This document shows positions 8,873 to 18,540 of a DNA stretch of 64,000 nt, one piece after another. The stretch spans positions 124,001 to 188,000 of the forward strand of contig CAYXJN010000005.1 of assembly GCA_964464605.1 (NCBI GenBank), in the 5' to 3' direction. A program made the translations under genes and the position numbers. The notes beneath the pieces are model-generated. The model did no database searches. It worked only from the letters and a program-made list of their open reading frames with translations, and was not told the origin of the DNA. The DNA comes from an uncultured Ignavibacteriales bacterium (lineage in GTDB: Bacteria > Zixibacteria > MSB-5A5 > GN15 > FEB-12). Each line of letters opens with the position of its first letter. Positions within the stretch are counted from its first letter, which is position 1.

Positions 8873-10335
8873 AACTGCCGGTCACACAAAGCATGGATAT
8901 GTTGTTAGGCGTTGCTTCACCGCAACAGCCGAATACAGTCAATCAGCCGGATAAGCCGGTTGATGGCGCTTTGTTTGGTGACCTGTTGGGTGTGCTCATG
9001 TCGCTTCAACCGCTTGACCAGCAGATGGTAATTGATCCCGCACAGTTTACCGGCGAACCGGGTGCTGATGCGTTTGATCTGTTGGCTTCATCCGGTACGA
9101 ATCAGAAACCCCAGTTACTACCGTTCGGCGATCAGGCATTAGTAAATCCGGAATCGCTCGGTCAGTCGGAATTGTTCCAGAACGTGAATGCCGATGAAGG
9201 TATGCTGTTGACCGGTATGAGTGAAACCGACTCTGCCGTTACGTTGACCTTAACGCCGGTGGCTGATCAGAACAAACCGATTCTATTAACGATTTCAAAA
9301 GAAGTTTTCACCTCTTTGATCCAAAAGCTGCAAAACGGAGAAACGCCAAACGCTGACGCGAAACAGGCGTTTTCTCCGGCCTTGCTGCAATCTTTGCTTA
9401 CCAAACTGAACACCAAGGAAATCGCGATTACCGATGTTCCTTCACAAACGCCGTTAACCGCGCAGTCACAAACAGCGTTTGGTTCGGCTGTTAATCAGAA
9501 AGTAAATACAACAGATAAGAATGCGGCGGTCGTGCAGTTGTTTAAAGAACTGCCGAATTCGATGACTTCCGTTTCCATCGTAGCTGCAGATGAATTGGTT
9601 GGCGTTGATACCAAAAATATCAATCAAACTGTGAATATGCTGAAACCGGTACTGCCGCAGATGCCGCAAGTTGCGACTGTCCAGACTGAAGATTCAGCGT
9701 TGCCGGTTACTTCTGTTGTCCAAAAAGAAATTGATCAGTTAGAAAAAGATGCTGTCGCCGGTGCTGATGATCTGCTCAATGCGAAGATAACTGACACCGC
9801 CAAAGGCGCAGGCAAAGCTGAACAGTTCAACACAATCGTAACCTCCGCCGGTACACAGCAAATTTCTACAGATACCAAGACCGGTGAAGTGACCGTTCGT
9901 CCCGCCATTAAACTTCCGGAAAACATTCATGACCTGCTCAAACCGTATGGCAAGAGCGTGACGTTGAAGATTGAACCGGAACATCTGGGTACGGCGACAA
10001 TCAGCTTGAATATGTCACAGGGAGCGCTTCGCGCCCGTGTGGTCGTTGAGTCGACCGCGGCCAAGACGATGCTCGAAAACTCGCTCGGTCAATTAGTATC
10101 CCAATTAGCAAAATCGAATATCACGGTTGATTCAGTTGACGTACAGGTCGGTGGCCAAACGCTTACCGAGCATGAATTCGCGCGTCATCAACAGCGCCAG
10201 CATCGTCCCTACCGCATGAATAACACAGGACGTTTTGCGGAAGAGAAGAAGCTCGGCGCAATCAGCACACAAACCGCCGCTATTTCTCGGTATGCCTTCC
10301 GGGCGGTTCCGGGCGGACTAAACTTGGTAGTGTAA
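8869..10335 (+). CDS. fliK: Flagellar hook-length control protein
   Basis: Low-complexity N-terminus plus C-terminal T3S4 domain (LKIEPEHLGTATI..LENSLGQL); directly upstream of flgD. Confidence 0.85.
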   Translation: MKLPVTQSMDMLLGVASPQQPNTVNQPDKPVDGALFGDLLGVLMSLQPLDQQMVIDPAQFTGEPGADAFDLLASSGTNQKPQLLPFGDQALVNPESLGQSELFQNVNADEGMLLTGMSETDSAVTLTLTPVADQNKPILLTISKEVFTSLIQKLQNGETPNADAKQAFSPALLQSLLTKLNTKEIAITDVPSQTPLTAQSQTAFGSAVNQKVNTTDKNAAVVQLFKELPNSMTSVSIVAADELVGVDTKNINQTVNMLKPVLPQMPQVATVQTEDSALPVTSVVQKEIDQLEKDAVAGADDLLNAKITDTAKGAGKAEQFNTIVTSAGTQQISTDTKTGEVTVRPAIKLPENIHDLLKPYGKSVTLKIEPEHLGTATISLNMSQGALRARVVVESTAAKTMLENSLGQLVSQLAKSNITVDSVDVQVGGQTLTEHEFARHQQRQHRPYRMNNTGRFAEEKKLGAISTQTAAISRYAFRAVPGGLNLVV

Positions 10336-10347
10336 AGGAGTACAGAT

Positions 10348-11049
10348 ATGGCTGTGAGCAATGTTTCATCCACCGGCGGTGGTAACACCGCGCAGCGTAC
10401 GCTGCCGAGCCAGACTTTGGGGAAAGATGATTTCCTTCAGTTGCTGGTGACCAAGATGCAGAATCAGGACCCGCTCAATCCAACTTCGGATGAAGATTTT
10501 GTCGCCCAGTTGGCGCAGTTTTCATCGTTAGAACAGATGAACAACATCGCCGAAGGTATTTCTACTTCGAATCAGTGGGATTACCTGCAGATGCAGTCAC
10601 TCAATAACGTGATGGCATCCGGCTTGATCGGTAAAGATATCAAAGCGAATTACAGCGGCGCGCAGATCAGCGATGGTGAACCGGCGAATTTAGCCGTTAC
10701 CGTCGATCGTTTCGCCAGCTCAGTTACGTTTGTCATCAGTGATGCGAGCGGCAATCCGGTCGCAACTATTAACAGTAAAAATATTCCTGAAGGTTCATCA
10801 ACAATTACCTGGGACGCCAAAGATAACCGCGGCAACCGGGTACCGGATGGGTTCTATTCCATCTCCGCAAAAGCGCTTGATGTGAACGGCAATGAATTTG
10901 AACCGTCATTGAACCTTGTCGGCTCAGTGGAATCGGTCATTTATCGTGAAGGCGCGGCATTCCTGCGTGTTCGCGGGCTTGAAATTCCGCTCGGTGATAT
11001 CGCCGCAGTCGGTGAACCGGGTTCATTCAGCGGTACCGAAGGTAATTAA
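10348..11049 (+). CDS. flgD: Flagellar hook capping protein
   Basis: LGKDDFLQLLVTKMQNQDPLNP..FVAQLAQFSSLEQM, Ig domain WDAKDNRG. Confidence 0.95.
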   Translation: MAVSNVSSTGGGNTAQRTLPSQTLGKDDFLQLLVTKMQNQDPLNPTSDEDFVAQLAQFSSLEQMNNIAEGISTSNQWDYLQMQSLNNVMASGLIGKDIKANYSGAQISDGEPANLAVTVDRFASSVTFVISDASGNPVATINSKNIPEGSSTITWDAKDNRGNRVPDGFYSISAKALDVNGNEFEPSLNLVGSVESVIYREGAAFLRVRGLEIPLGDIAAVGEPGSFSGTEGN

Positions 11050-11066
11050 GGAAGACGGATTACACG

Positions 11067-11474
11067 ATGAGCGCAATAACCGGAACACGAGTACCCGTTC
11101 AGTCGCAGCAGGTTGATTTAATCAGCATTGCGCAGCGGAACGGTGCAGTTGCCACACCCAAAGCAAATACCCCGGACACATCGTTCGGTAAAGTGCTGGC
11201 CGGTGAGTTGAACTCGACTCGTAACCTGCAGATTTCCAAGCATGCGCTCGAACGTTTGCATTCCCGTAAAATCGATCTCTCCAAAGAGATGCTCGATAAA
11301 ATTGCAACCGCAGTTGATAAAGCAGATACCAAAGGATCACGCGAAACATTGGTGCTTACCGATTCAGCGGCGCTGGTCGTTTCGGTTAAAAACCGGACAA
11401 TCATCACTGCCTTTGACCGGGAACATCTTCGTGAAGGTGTGGTAACGTCGATTGATTCGGCGGTCATTTTATGA
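11067..11474 (+). CDS. Flagellar operon protein, TIGR02530 family
   Basis: ISKHALERL..KADTKGSRETLVL..VVSVKNRTIITA..TSIDSAVIL; lies between flgD and flgE. Confidence 0.85.
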   Translation: MSAITGTRVPVQSQQVDLISIAQRNGAVATPKANTPDTSFGKVLAGELNSTRNLQISKHALERLHSRKIDLSKEMLDKIATAVDKADTKGSRETLVLTDSAALVVSVKNRTIITAFDREHLREGVVTSIDSAVIL

Positions 11475-11502
11475 GAAAAGAAAACTATAACGATACATTT
11501 TC

Positions 11503-11542
11503 CGGACTGGCTGGACTCCATTTAAATGGAGAGGCTTATCCG
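11503..11542 (+). promoter_or_regulatory. Structured flgE 5' leader (stem-loop)
   Basis: Perfect palindrome CTCCATTTAAATGGAG (11516-11531), extended by GGCU/GGCU (two G-U pairs) and CGGA/UCCG pairs. Confidence 0.45.
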
Positions 11543-11565
11543 TACAACATGGAGGTAACCCTTCT

Positions 11566-13509
11566 ATGATGGCGTCACTCTTTGCCGGCGTATCCGGCCT
11601 GAAAAACCATCAGGTTCGTATGAACGTCATAGGCAACAACATTGCGAACATTAACACGATTGGTTTTAAAGCCAGCCGTGTGAACTTCCAGGAAGCATTG
11701 GTGCAGACCTTTAAAGGTGCAGGCCGTCCGACGGCTATCACCGGCGGTACTAATGCGGTGCAGATCGGTCTTGGTATGCAGGTCGCTGCGATCGACAATC
11801 TGTTCCAACAGGGTGGTCTTGAAACAACCGGTCAGATCAGTGACTTGGCGATTCAGGGCTCCGGTTTCTTCATCCTTTCTGATGCTAACAACAACAAATT
11901 CTATTCCCGCGCCGGTGCGTTCGGGTTCGACGGTGATTCCAACCTTGTTGATCCAGCAACCGGTCTGTTCGTGCTTGGAAAGATGGCGGATTCATCCGGC
12001 CAGATTTCTTCGCTGGCGACTATCGGAAGAATTACGCTTCCCTTCGGTCAGCAGGACCCGGCCCGTGCAACGCAGGAAATTACGCTTGCCAGTAACCTGG
12101 ATGCTTCCGCTACTACATCGGATGCGTCATTGGTTGCAGCTGGTACGTCCGGTGTTATCACTGTTTCCGGTACTGCTAACAACGGTGTCGGTGGAGTGCA
12201 CACTGTTTCGATCACCGGTGCACAGGCGCTTAACGCCACATACACCGGTACGGTAACCGGGCTTGGTGTTTCAACAACTCTGACAAGTCTTGGTGTTACT
12301 ACCTATAATGATTTTTCCATTTCTGTTGACGGTGGTTCAGCTGTGCCGGTTTCCGGTTTGAATGCAGCTTCCACAGTCGGAGATTTGCTTAATGCCATCA
12401 ATCAGATCAATGGTTTGTCTGCAACGCTTGACGGCACTGGCGCAATCAGAGTCACGCGTACCAAAGCAGGTTCGCCGGTTGATTACAACTTTGTCGCGTC
12501 TAACGGTGCGGCAGGCAATATCGTCGAAGAAATCTTCGGCGTTACCGGTGGCGGTAACTTTGTTTCCGCAGGCGGTGCAGCGAGTACTTATCAGGCGGTT
12601 GATTCATTCGTACCGGCCAAAGGCAGCGGTATCGCCGCTGGCCCGGTTACCGATGTGTTGGATCTGATGTACGATTCCACGACCGGTTTAGTCGTCGGAT
12701 TGAGCGGTATGGGTGACGGTGGTATTGAAATTACGACTGGCGCGGGCGGTTTGACCGCTGCTACCGGTGTGAATGCATTAATTGTTGATACCGAACCGAC
12801 TACGCATACCACCTCAATTTCCGTGTTCGACTCTCAGGGTGGTAAACATACCCTTTCCGTCGAATTCTTCAAATCAGTTATCGACAATCGTTGGGAATGG
12901 ACTGCCTCTATGCTTGGCGGCGAACAGATTACCAGCGGTGGTTCCGGATTCGTCATGTTTAACACCGACGGTTCCTTCAACTCGTTCTATTTCAATAGCG
13001 CAGCCGATTCGATGACTATCAATCCGAACACCGGTGCTTCCTTGATCGATATTCAGGTTGAAGCCGGTACGTTCGGTAACTTCGATGGTCTGACCGGATT
13101 TGCTTCCGGCCGTCATACAGCCTCGATTATCAGTCAGGATGGTTACGGTCTCGGTATTCTGGAAAAATTCGATATCGACCAGTCCGGTAATATCTCCGGC
13201 GTGTTCTCAAACGGTATCAACCGTGTTCTCGCCCAGATATTGCTTGCTGACTTTACTAACCAGGCCGGTTTGCGTAAAGCCGGTAAATCAATGTACCAGA
13301 CCAGTGCGAACTCCGGTTCCGCTGTGGAAGGTATAGCTGGTTCAACTATTTCCGGTACGATCTCATCCGGCGCGCTTGAAGCCTCCTCCGTTGATATTGC
13401 TCAGGAATTTACCTCTATGATCACCGCACAGCGTGGATTCCAGGCAAACGCCCGAATCATCACGACATCGGACACCATGCTCGATGAATTGGTGAACATC
13501 AAGAGATAA
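11566..13509 (+). CDS. flgE: Flagellar hook protein (long form)
   Basis: SLFAGVSGL..VIGNNIANINTIGFK, DLAIQGSGFF, LEASSVDIAQEFTSMITAQRGFQANARIITTSD. Confidence 0.96.
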   Translation: MMASLFAGVSGLKNHQVRMNVIGNNIANINTIGFKASRVNFQEALVQTFKGAGRPTAITGGTNAVQIGLGMQVAAIDNLFQQGGLETTGQISDLAIQGSGFFILSDANNNKFYSRAGAFGFDGDSNLVDPATGLFVLGKMADSSGQISSLATIGRITLPFGQQDPARATQEITLASNLDASATTSDASLVAAGTSGVITVSGTANNGVGGVHTVSITGAQALNATYTGTVTGLGVSTTLTSLGVTTYNDFSISVDGGSAVPVSGLNAASTVGDLLNAINQINGLSATLDGTGAIRVTRTKAGSPVDYNFVASNGAAGNIVEEIFGVTGGGNFVSAGGAASTYQAVDSFVPAKGSGIAAGPVTDVLDLMYDSTTGLVVGLSGMGDGGIEITTGAGGLTAATGVNALIVDTEPTTHTTSISVFDSQGGKHTLSVEFFKSVIDNRWEWTASMLGGEQITSGGSGFVMFNTDGSFNSFYFNSAADSMTINPNTGASLIDIQVEAGTFGNFDGLTGFASGRHTASIISQDGYGLGILEKFDIDQSGNISGVFSNGINRVLAQILLADFTNQAGLRKAGKSMYQTSANSGSAVEGIAGSTISGTISSGALEASSVDIAQEFTSMITAQRGFQANARIITTSDTMLDELVNIKR

Positions 13510-13520
13510 TAGGATAGTAG

Positions 13521-13754
13521 ATGATTACCGTAACTCGGATGAATGAAAGCTCACTGGTCGTTAATGCCGACCTGATCGAGTTCGTGGAAGCGATTCCGGA
13601 AACCAGTATTTCTCTGACAACAGGGAAGAAGCTGATGGTCCGTGAATCGGTCGACGACATTGTCGTTCGGGTGGCGCAATTTAAGCAACAGTGCGATGTC
13701 CGTCTGACCAGCGGATTTCGCGCGAATGCACACAGGAGTGACGAATGCCGGTAG
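13521..13754 (+). CDS. flbD: Flagellar FlbD/SwrD family protein
   Basis: MITVTRMN..VNADLIEFVEAIPETSISLTTGKKLMVRES; follows flgE. Confidence 0.88.
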   Translation: MITVTRMNESSLVVNADLIEFVEAIPETSISLTTGKKLMVRESVDDIVVRVAQFKQQCDVRLTSGFRANAHRSDECR

Positions 13755-14335
13755 AGGAACAAAAAACAACCGTTGAATCCTCCGCACCGCAGGCCGGTGA
13801 GCCCAAAAAAGGGATGAATAAGCTGGTTCTGTTCGGCGGAATCGGCGGAGGCGCCGCCATCATTGGCGTCGCGTTAGCCTGGTTCGTAGTGAAACCAATG
13901 TTAAGCGGCACGGCCGAATCCACATCGGATACCGCTACGACTGCCGAAACCCATGATGCTTCTGCCTCTCATGAAGAAGCGAAAGAAGAAGAACATGGTG
14001 AAGAAAGCGAAGGAGGAGAACATGGTGGAGCAGGATCATCGATTTATACCATTAAGGATATTGTCGTGAATCCATCCGGTACTGCCGGTTCCCGTTATCT
14101 GTCTGCTTCCATTGCCTTCCAATTAGGATCGCCGGAAGAAGCCGCCAAATTCGAGCAGCTTGAACCGATTATTCGTGATGCATTGATAACGATTCTTTCT
14201 TCCAAAACGGTCGCTCAGTTGACCGACTCACGGGAAAAAGAGATCGCGCGCATGCAAATCAAAAATCGTGTTGCGCAGTTAGTGAAAAACTCGGAACTCG
14301 CCGGTGTGTATTACTCGGATTTTGTACTGCAATAA
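13745..14335 (+). CDS. fliL: Flagellar basal body-associated protein
   Basis: Single TM, DIVVNP..RYL..IRDALITILSSKT, C-terminal VYYSDFVLQ. Confidence 0.92.
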   Translation: MPVEEQKTTVESSAPQAGEPKKGMNKLVLFGGIGGGAAIIGVALAWFVVKPMLSGTAESTSDTATTAETHDASASHEEAKEEEHGEESEGGEHGGAGSSIYTIKDIVVNPSGTAGSRYLSASIAFQLGSPEEAAKFEQLEPIIRDALITILSSKTVAQLTDSREKEIARMQIKNRVAQLVKNSELAGVYYSDFVLQ

Positions 14336-14348
14336 AGGATAGTGTGAC

Positions 14349-15344
14349 GTGGCCAAGATATTGACACAGGAAGAAATTGATGCCCTGCTGACCACCGTGT
14401 CGGCGGGTGAAAATCAATCTCAGGAGCAAGTCAGCGAAGATAGAAAATTACGCTCTATCCTTGCCTACGACTTTAAGCATCCGAACCGGGTGTCGAAAGA
14501 TCAGATTCGCACGCTTGAGAGCATGCACGACAACTTCGCCGGACATTTCGGTTCAAGTTTATCGACTATGCTGCGCTCGATCGTCGATGTCGATTTAGTC
14601 TCGGTCGATCAGATTACCTATTCCGAATTTATTATGTCGCTCGTGACACCATCTTCGACCTACACCTTCGCGGCTCCGCCGCTTGCCGGTGTCTGTCTTG
14701 TCGATTTCAACCCGACCTTAACTTTTTCGCTGATCGACAGAATCTTCGGCGGACACGGGAAGATTTTGGAAACGGAACGGGAACTGACCAGCATCGAACG
14801 CACTGTCATGGGGCGTTTGGTAGGCAAACTCTACACTGATTTGACCGTTGCATGGGAAAACATCGTAAAGCTCGAAGTCTCGCAGGTCAGCTTTGAAACA
14901 AACCCGCAGTTTATTCAAATCGTACCACCCGGTGAAACGGTGGTGGTGGTTTCGTTTCAGGTAAAACTGTTCCAGTCGACGGGACTTTTGACTCTCTGTT
15001 ATCCATATGTGTCAATCGAGCCGATTATCAGCAAGCTTTCCGCGCAGAACTGGATCGATGCGACCAAAAAGAAAAATCAGGTATTCGATCGGGAAACGAA
15101 TGTCAAAAACATGCTCACGATTCCGATTGAACTGTCCGCACAATTATTGAGTGTCGACGTCAAGATGCGTGATTTCCTGACTATGAAAACGGGTGATGTT
15201 ATCCGTTCCGGCCGCGAGATAGATCGTCCGGCGGAAATCATGGTCAACCGCCGCAGAAAATTTTTAGCTCGTCCCGGTTTATCCGGCCACAAGCGGGCTG
15301 TTCAAATTGTAGCTGATTATGATGAAAATAAGGAGCACATGTAA
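14349..15344 (+). CDS. fliM: Flagellar motor switch protein
   Basis: ILTQEEIDALL CheY-binding peptide, YDFKHPNRVSKDQ, ETNPQFIQIV. Confidence 0.96.
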   Translation: MAKILTQEEIDALLTTVSAGENQSQEQVSEDRKLRSILAYDFKHPNRVSKDQIRTLESMHDNFAGHFGSSLSTMLRSIVDVDLVSVDQITYSEFIMSLVTPSSTYTFAAPPLAGVCLVDFNPTLTFSLIDRIFGGHGKILETERELTSIERTVMGRLVGKLYTDLTVAWENIVKLEVSQVSFETNPQFIQIVPPGETVVVVSFQVKLFQSTGLLTLCYPYVSIEPIISKLSAQNWIDATKKKNQVFDRETNVKNMLTIPIELSAQLLSVDVKMRDFLTMKTGDVIRSGREIDRPAEIMVNRRRKFLARPGLSGHKRAVQIVADYDENKEHM

Positions 15345-15859
15345 TGGCAGACGAACAGGATATCGCTGCTGGAGCCGGTAGCGCCCCGCAGTCACCGTCA
15401 CCCGAAGCATTCGCAAAAGTAGCGAATCCCGGGGATGCGTCGGAAGCAGATGCTGAAGCGCAGATGATGGCGATGCTGGAAGATCTTCCGGCCGATAACA
15501 CCCGCCCGGGTCCGAACGACATTAACTTCGGCACGCACAAGGTAGCGCGCGCTGAGTTCCAACAGTTGTCGGAATCGGCACAGGCGGCGGAACGTCGCAA
15601 TATCGATTTGCTGATGGATGTCAGCCTGCCGATTTCAATCGAACTCGGCCGCACCAAAATGCCGATTAGCGACATTCTTACACTTGGCCCCGGATCCGTG
15701 GTTGAACTGAATAAATTAGCCGGTGAACCGGTTGATTTGCTTGTCAATCAGAAGGTCGTGGCGAAAGGGGAAGTAGTGGTAATCGATGAAAACTTTGGTG
15801 TTCGCATTACCCAGCTTATCACGCCTGAAGAGCGGCTTAAACTGCTCGGAGAAGAATAA
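15344..15859 (+). CDS. fliN: Flagellar motor switch protein
   Basis: NIDLLMDVSL..ELGRT..GSVVELNKLAGEPVD..GEVVVIDENFGVRIT. Confidence 0.96.
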   Translation: MADEQDIAAGAGSAPQSPSPEAFAKVANPGDASEADAEAQMMAMLEDLPADNTRPGPNDINFGTHKVARAEFQQLSESAQAAERRNIDLLMDVSLPISIELGRTKMPISDILTLGPGSVVELNKLAGEPVDLLVNQKVVAKGEVVVIDENFGVRITQLITPEERLKLLGEE

Positions 15860-15864
15860 CACTC

Positions 15865-16413
15865 ATGCGACTTCGTAGTATTACCATAGGATTGTTACTG
15901 CTTGCTGCATCATCGGTCTTTAGCCAGACAGCCGAGCAGACTCCACTTTCTGAGGCGCTTGCAAAACCGGCAGATACGGTAATGCAGGCAATGCCGCAGT
16001 CATTTTCCGCGTATCCCGCAATTGGAAAAATGTTGGGCGCGCTGTTAGTCGTATTGATCTTGATGTATTTCACCTTTCAGGTTTTAAAAAAAGTTTCCGC
16101 AGGCAGGATGATTGGTGCAAAAGGGAAACGGTCGCTGGAAGTGATCGAAGCTACCCATTTGGCGCCGAAAAAATCTGTCGCGTTGGTTCGTGTTGGTGAA
16201 CGCGCGGTGATGGTTGGTGTAACCGATCATCAAATTACGCTTTTAAGCGAGCTTTCAACCGAAGAAACCGGAAAGTTGATTGAACAAAAGCAGGCCGAAA
16301 CGAATCAGCAGCCCTTTGCCGATATGTTTCAGGCTGCTTACAAAAAGTTTTCAGCAGTTCGCACGAAACGGCAGGATGCCGTCGTGGAAGTGCCGGCTAA
16401 TCAGTCGGCGTGA
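15865..16413 (+). CDS. fliO: Flagellar biosynthesis protein
   Basis: TM plus LEVIEATHLAPKKSVALVRVG..VGVTDHQITLL; lies between fliN and fliP. Confidence 0.88.
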   Translation: MRLRSITIGLLLLAASSVFSQTAEQTPLSEALAKPADTVMQAMPQSFSAYPAIGKMLGALLVVLILMYFTFQVLKKVSAGRMIGAKGKRSLEVIEATHLAPKKSVALVRVGERAVMVGVTDHQITLLSELSTEETGKLIEQKQAETNQQPFADMFQAAYKKFSAVRTKRQDAVVEVPANQSA

Positions 16414-16480
16414 ACCGTCGCTTCGTTTACGAATCGACACACACCTCTTGCAGGATGCGAAGAGGTAGAACATATAGGAT
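16368..16480 (+). promoter_or_regulatory. Putative CsrA/RsmA-type binding sites ahead of fliP
   Basis: Two hairpins with GGA loops (ACGGCA-GGA-TGCCGT 16368-16382; ACCTCTTGCA-GGA-TGCGAAGAGGT 16443-16466) plus AGGA in the SD. Confidence 0.45.
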
Positions 16481-17233
16481 ATGAAACGATTTTTACGCAC
16501 ATCTCTGTTTGCTGTGCCCGCCGCGCTGCTTTGCGCGCCGGTTGTCATGGCACAATCACTCCCGAAAATCAGTCTGCAAGTCGGTGAGTCGACCAACCCG
16601 GCCGATCTTTCCACTACGCTGAAAATAGTAATCCTGATGACGGTTCTGGCGCTCGCGCCGTCGATTCTGATTATGACGACTTCGTTTATCAGAATCGCGA
16701 TTACGCTTTCGTTCTTGCGTCAGGCAATCGGTATCAACCAGAGTCCGCCGAACCAGTTGCTGATTTCGCTTGCGTTGATTCTGACATTTTTCATTATGTC
16801 GCCGGTCATCAACAAATCATACAACGAAGGTATCAAGCCGTATCTGGAAGAACAGATTCGCGGGGAAGAAGCCTTCAAAAAAGCCGTGGGTCCCTTCCGT
16901 ACCTTTATGCTGGCCCAAACGCGAGAGCAGGATTTGGCTTTGTTCGTGAACATCGCCAAACTGCCTGCTCCGAATACACCGGATGATATCCCGCTTCAGG
17001 TGCTGGTTCCTGCGTTTGTTATTTCCGAACTGCGGACAGCGTTCATGATCGCGTTTGTGTTGTTCATTCCATTTTTGGTCATAGATATGGTGGTGGCATC
17101 GGTCTTGATGTCGATGGGTATGATGATGCTTCCCCCAGTGGTCGTATCGCTGCCGTTTAAGCTGCTGTTGTTCGTGCTGGTCGATGGCTGGTACTTGTTG
17201 GTTAAATCACTCGTTGAATCGTTTCGGATGTAA
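16481..17233 (+). CDS. fliP: Flagellar export gate protein
   Basis: TTSFIRI..LRQAIG..PPNQ, PAFVISEL, MGMMMLPP..SLPFKLLLFVLVDGW. Confidence 0.97.
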   Translation: MKRFLRTSLFAVPAALLCAPVVMAQSLPKISLQVGESTNPADLSTTLKIVILMTVLALAPSILIMTTSFIRIAITLSFLRQAIGINQSPPNQLLISLALILTFFIMSPVINKSYNEGIKPYLEEQIRGEEAFKKAVGPFRTFMLAQTREQDLALFVNIAKLPAPNTPDDIPLQVLVPAFVISELRTAFMIAFVLFIPFLVIDMVVASVLMSMGMMMLPPVVVSLPFKLLLFVLVDGWYLLVKSLVESFRM

Positions 17234-17247
17234 GGAATAGATAATAT

Positions 17248-17520
17248 ATGACACCGCAAATGGTAGTTTCAGTCGGTCGGGAAGCATTGATGGTAACGCT
17301 CATGCTCGCCGGACCGCTTTTGTTAGTCGCATTGGTCGTTGGTTTGGTTATTTCACTCGTTCAGGCGGTCACGCAGATACATGAAATGACGTTAACCTTC
17401 GTACCCAAGATCATCGCGATCTCGCTTACCCTGTTACTTTTGCTGCCGTGGATGATTAACATCGCGACCGATTTCACCCGTCACATGATGGAAATGATCC
17501 CGACTTTAGCGGGGGGGTAA
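17248..17520 (+). CDS. fliQ: Flagellar export gate protein
   Basis: GLVISLVQAVTQIHEMTLTFVPK. Confidence 0.96.
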   Translation: MTPQMVVSVGREALMVTLMLAGPLLLVALVVGLVISLVQAVTQIHEMTLTFVPKIIAISLTLLLLLPWMINIATDFTRHMMEMIPTLAGG

Positions 17521-17591
17521 ATCACGTTTATTTCATGCTCACCACCTGAACGTTTTTCCAGCCTGTTCCGGTACTTTTTTCCCCACCACTA

Positions 17592-17618
17592 TTGTATAAG
17601 TCGAAAATCGGCCGATAC
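17592..17618 (+). promoter_or_regulatory. Weak sigma-28-like promoter before fliR
   Basis: TTGT-N15-GCCGATAC; good -10, poor -35. Confidence 0.3.
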
Positions 17619-17638
17619 AGTTCACGTAACTCATTGTA

Positions 17639-17651
17639 AATCAATCAATTA
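17639..17651. promoter_or_regulatory. Putative IHF site
   Basis: AATCAA-TCAA-TTA is an exact match to WATCAANNNNTTR, about 27 bp upstream of a -24 box. Confidence 0.5.
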
Positions 17652-17677
17652 ATTATCTCGTCCGGCTCGTTTCAGCT

Positions 17678-17693
17678 TGGCACATGGTTTGAG
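17678..17693 (+). promoter_or_regulatory. Putative sigma-54 promoter of the fliR-flhB-flhA-flhF-flhG-fliA operon
   Basis: TGGCAC-ATGGT-TTGAG in the 225-bp fliQ-fliR gap. Confidence 0.5.
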
Positions 17694-17745
17694 ATGTCTT
17701 TTGGGAAAGACGGAAAACCCGAAAACTATCGAGGACCAAAAAACG

Positions 17746-18534
17746 ATGTTCGACTTCTTAACTTACGGCGCGGATAAGCTGGAAACATTCCTGCTGATTC
17801 TGTTCCGCTGCACCGGAATGCTGTTAATGGCGCCGGTGTTGGGACATCGTTCGATCCCGATGCTTATCAAAATCGGGTTTGCCATTGTTCTCTCACTCTT
17901 ATTAACCAGCACACTTCCGCCGCAGCCGGTTCCGATGGTGACATCGGCATGGGAACTCACCCTTATCGCACTGAAAGAAACGATGGTCGGACTGATTATC
18001 GGCCTCGCGTTTTATTTCGTGCTGTATGCGGTGCAGTTAGCGGGAACATTAGTCGGTTATCAGATGGGTTTCGCGGTTGCGAACTTGTTTGATCCGGCAA
18101 CATCCGAACAGGTGCCGATTATCGGGCAGTTCTGGATTCTTTTAGGGATGCTCATTTTCCTGTCGATCAACGGGCATCATCTCATTTTGACATCATTTGC
18201 CGATTCGTATCTGGTAATGCCCGCCGGCGCTGCTGAACTTAGCGGAAGCGTCGGCGAGGCGATTATTCGCTTATCGGCTTACATATTTATCATCGCCCTC
18301 AAAGCTGCGATTCCAATTGTAATCTCATTGCTCCTAATCGATGTCGCTTTGGGCGTAATGTCCAAAGCGATGCCTGCCGCGAATGTCTATTTCGTCGGTG
18401 CGCCGATCAAGTTTGCGGTTGGGCTTACCGTTATCGCCATTTCATTGCCGCTTCTGTCATTCGTGATGGAACGCGCATGGGGTGATATCGATGCACAATT
18501 GCGCAATATGTTATTACAGATGGGGAAGGCGTAA
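17746..18534 (+). CDS. fliR: Flagellar export gate protein
   Basis: Start re-called to ATG 17746; KETMVGLIIG..AGTLVGYQMGF..DP..INGHH. Confidence 0.94.
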   Translation: MFDFLTYGADKLETFLLILFRCTGMLLMAPVLGHRSIPMLIKIGFAIVLSLLLTSTLPPQPVPMVTSAWELTLIALKETMVGLIIGLAFYFVLYAVQLAGTLVGYQMGFAVANLFDPATSEQVPIIGQFWILLGMLIFLSINGHHLILTSFADSYLVMPAGAAELSGSVGEAIIRLSAYIFIIALKAAIPIVISLLLIDVALGVMSKAMPAANVYFVGAPIKFAVGLTVIAISLPLLSFVMERAWGDIDAQLRNMLLQMGKA

Positions 18535-18540
18535 ACCGGT

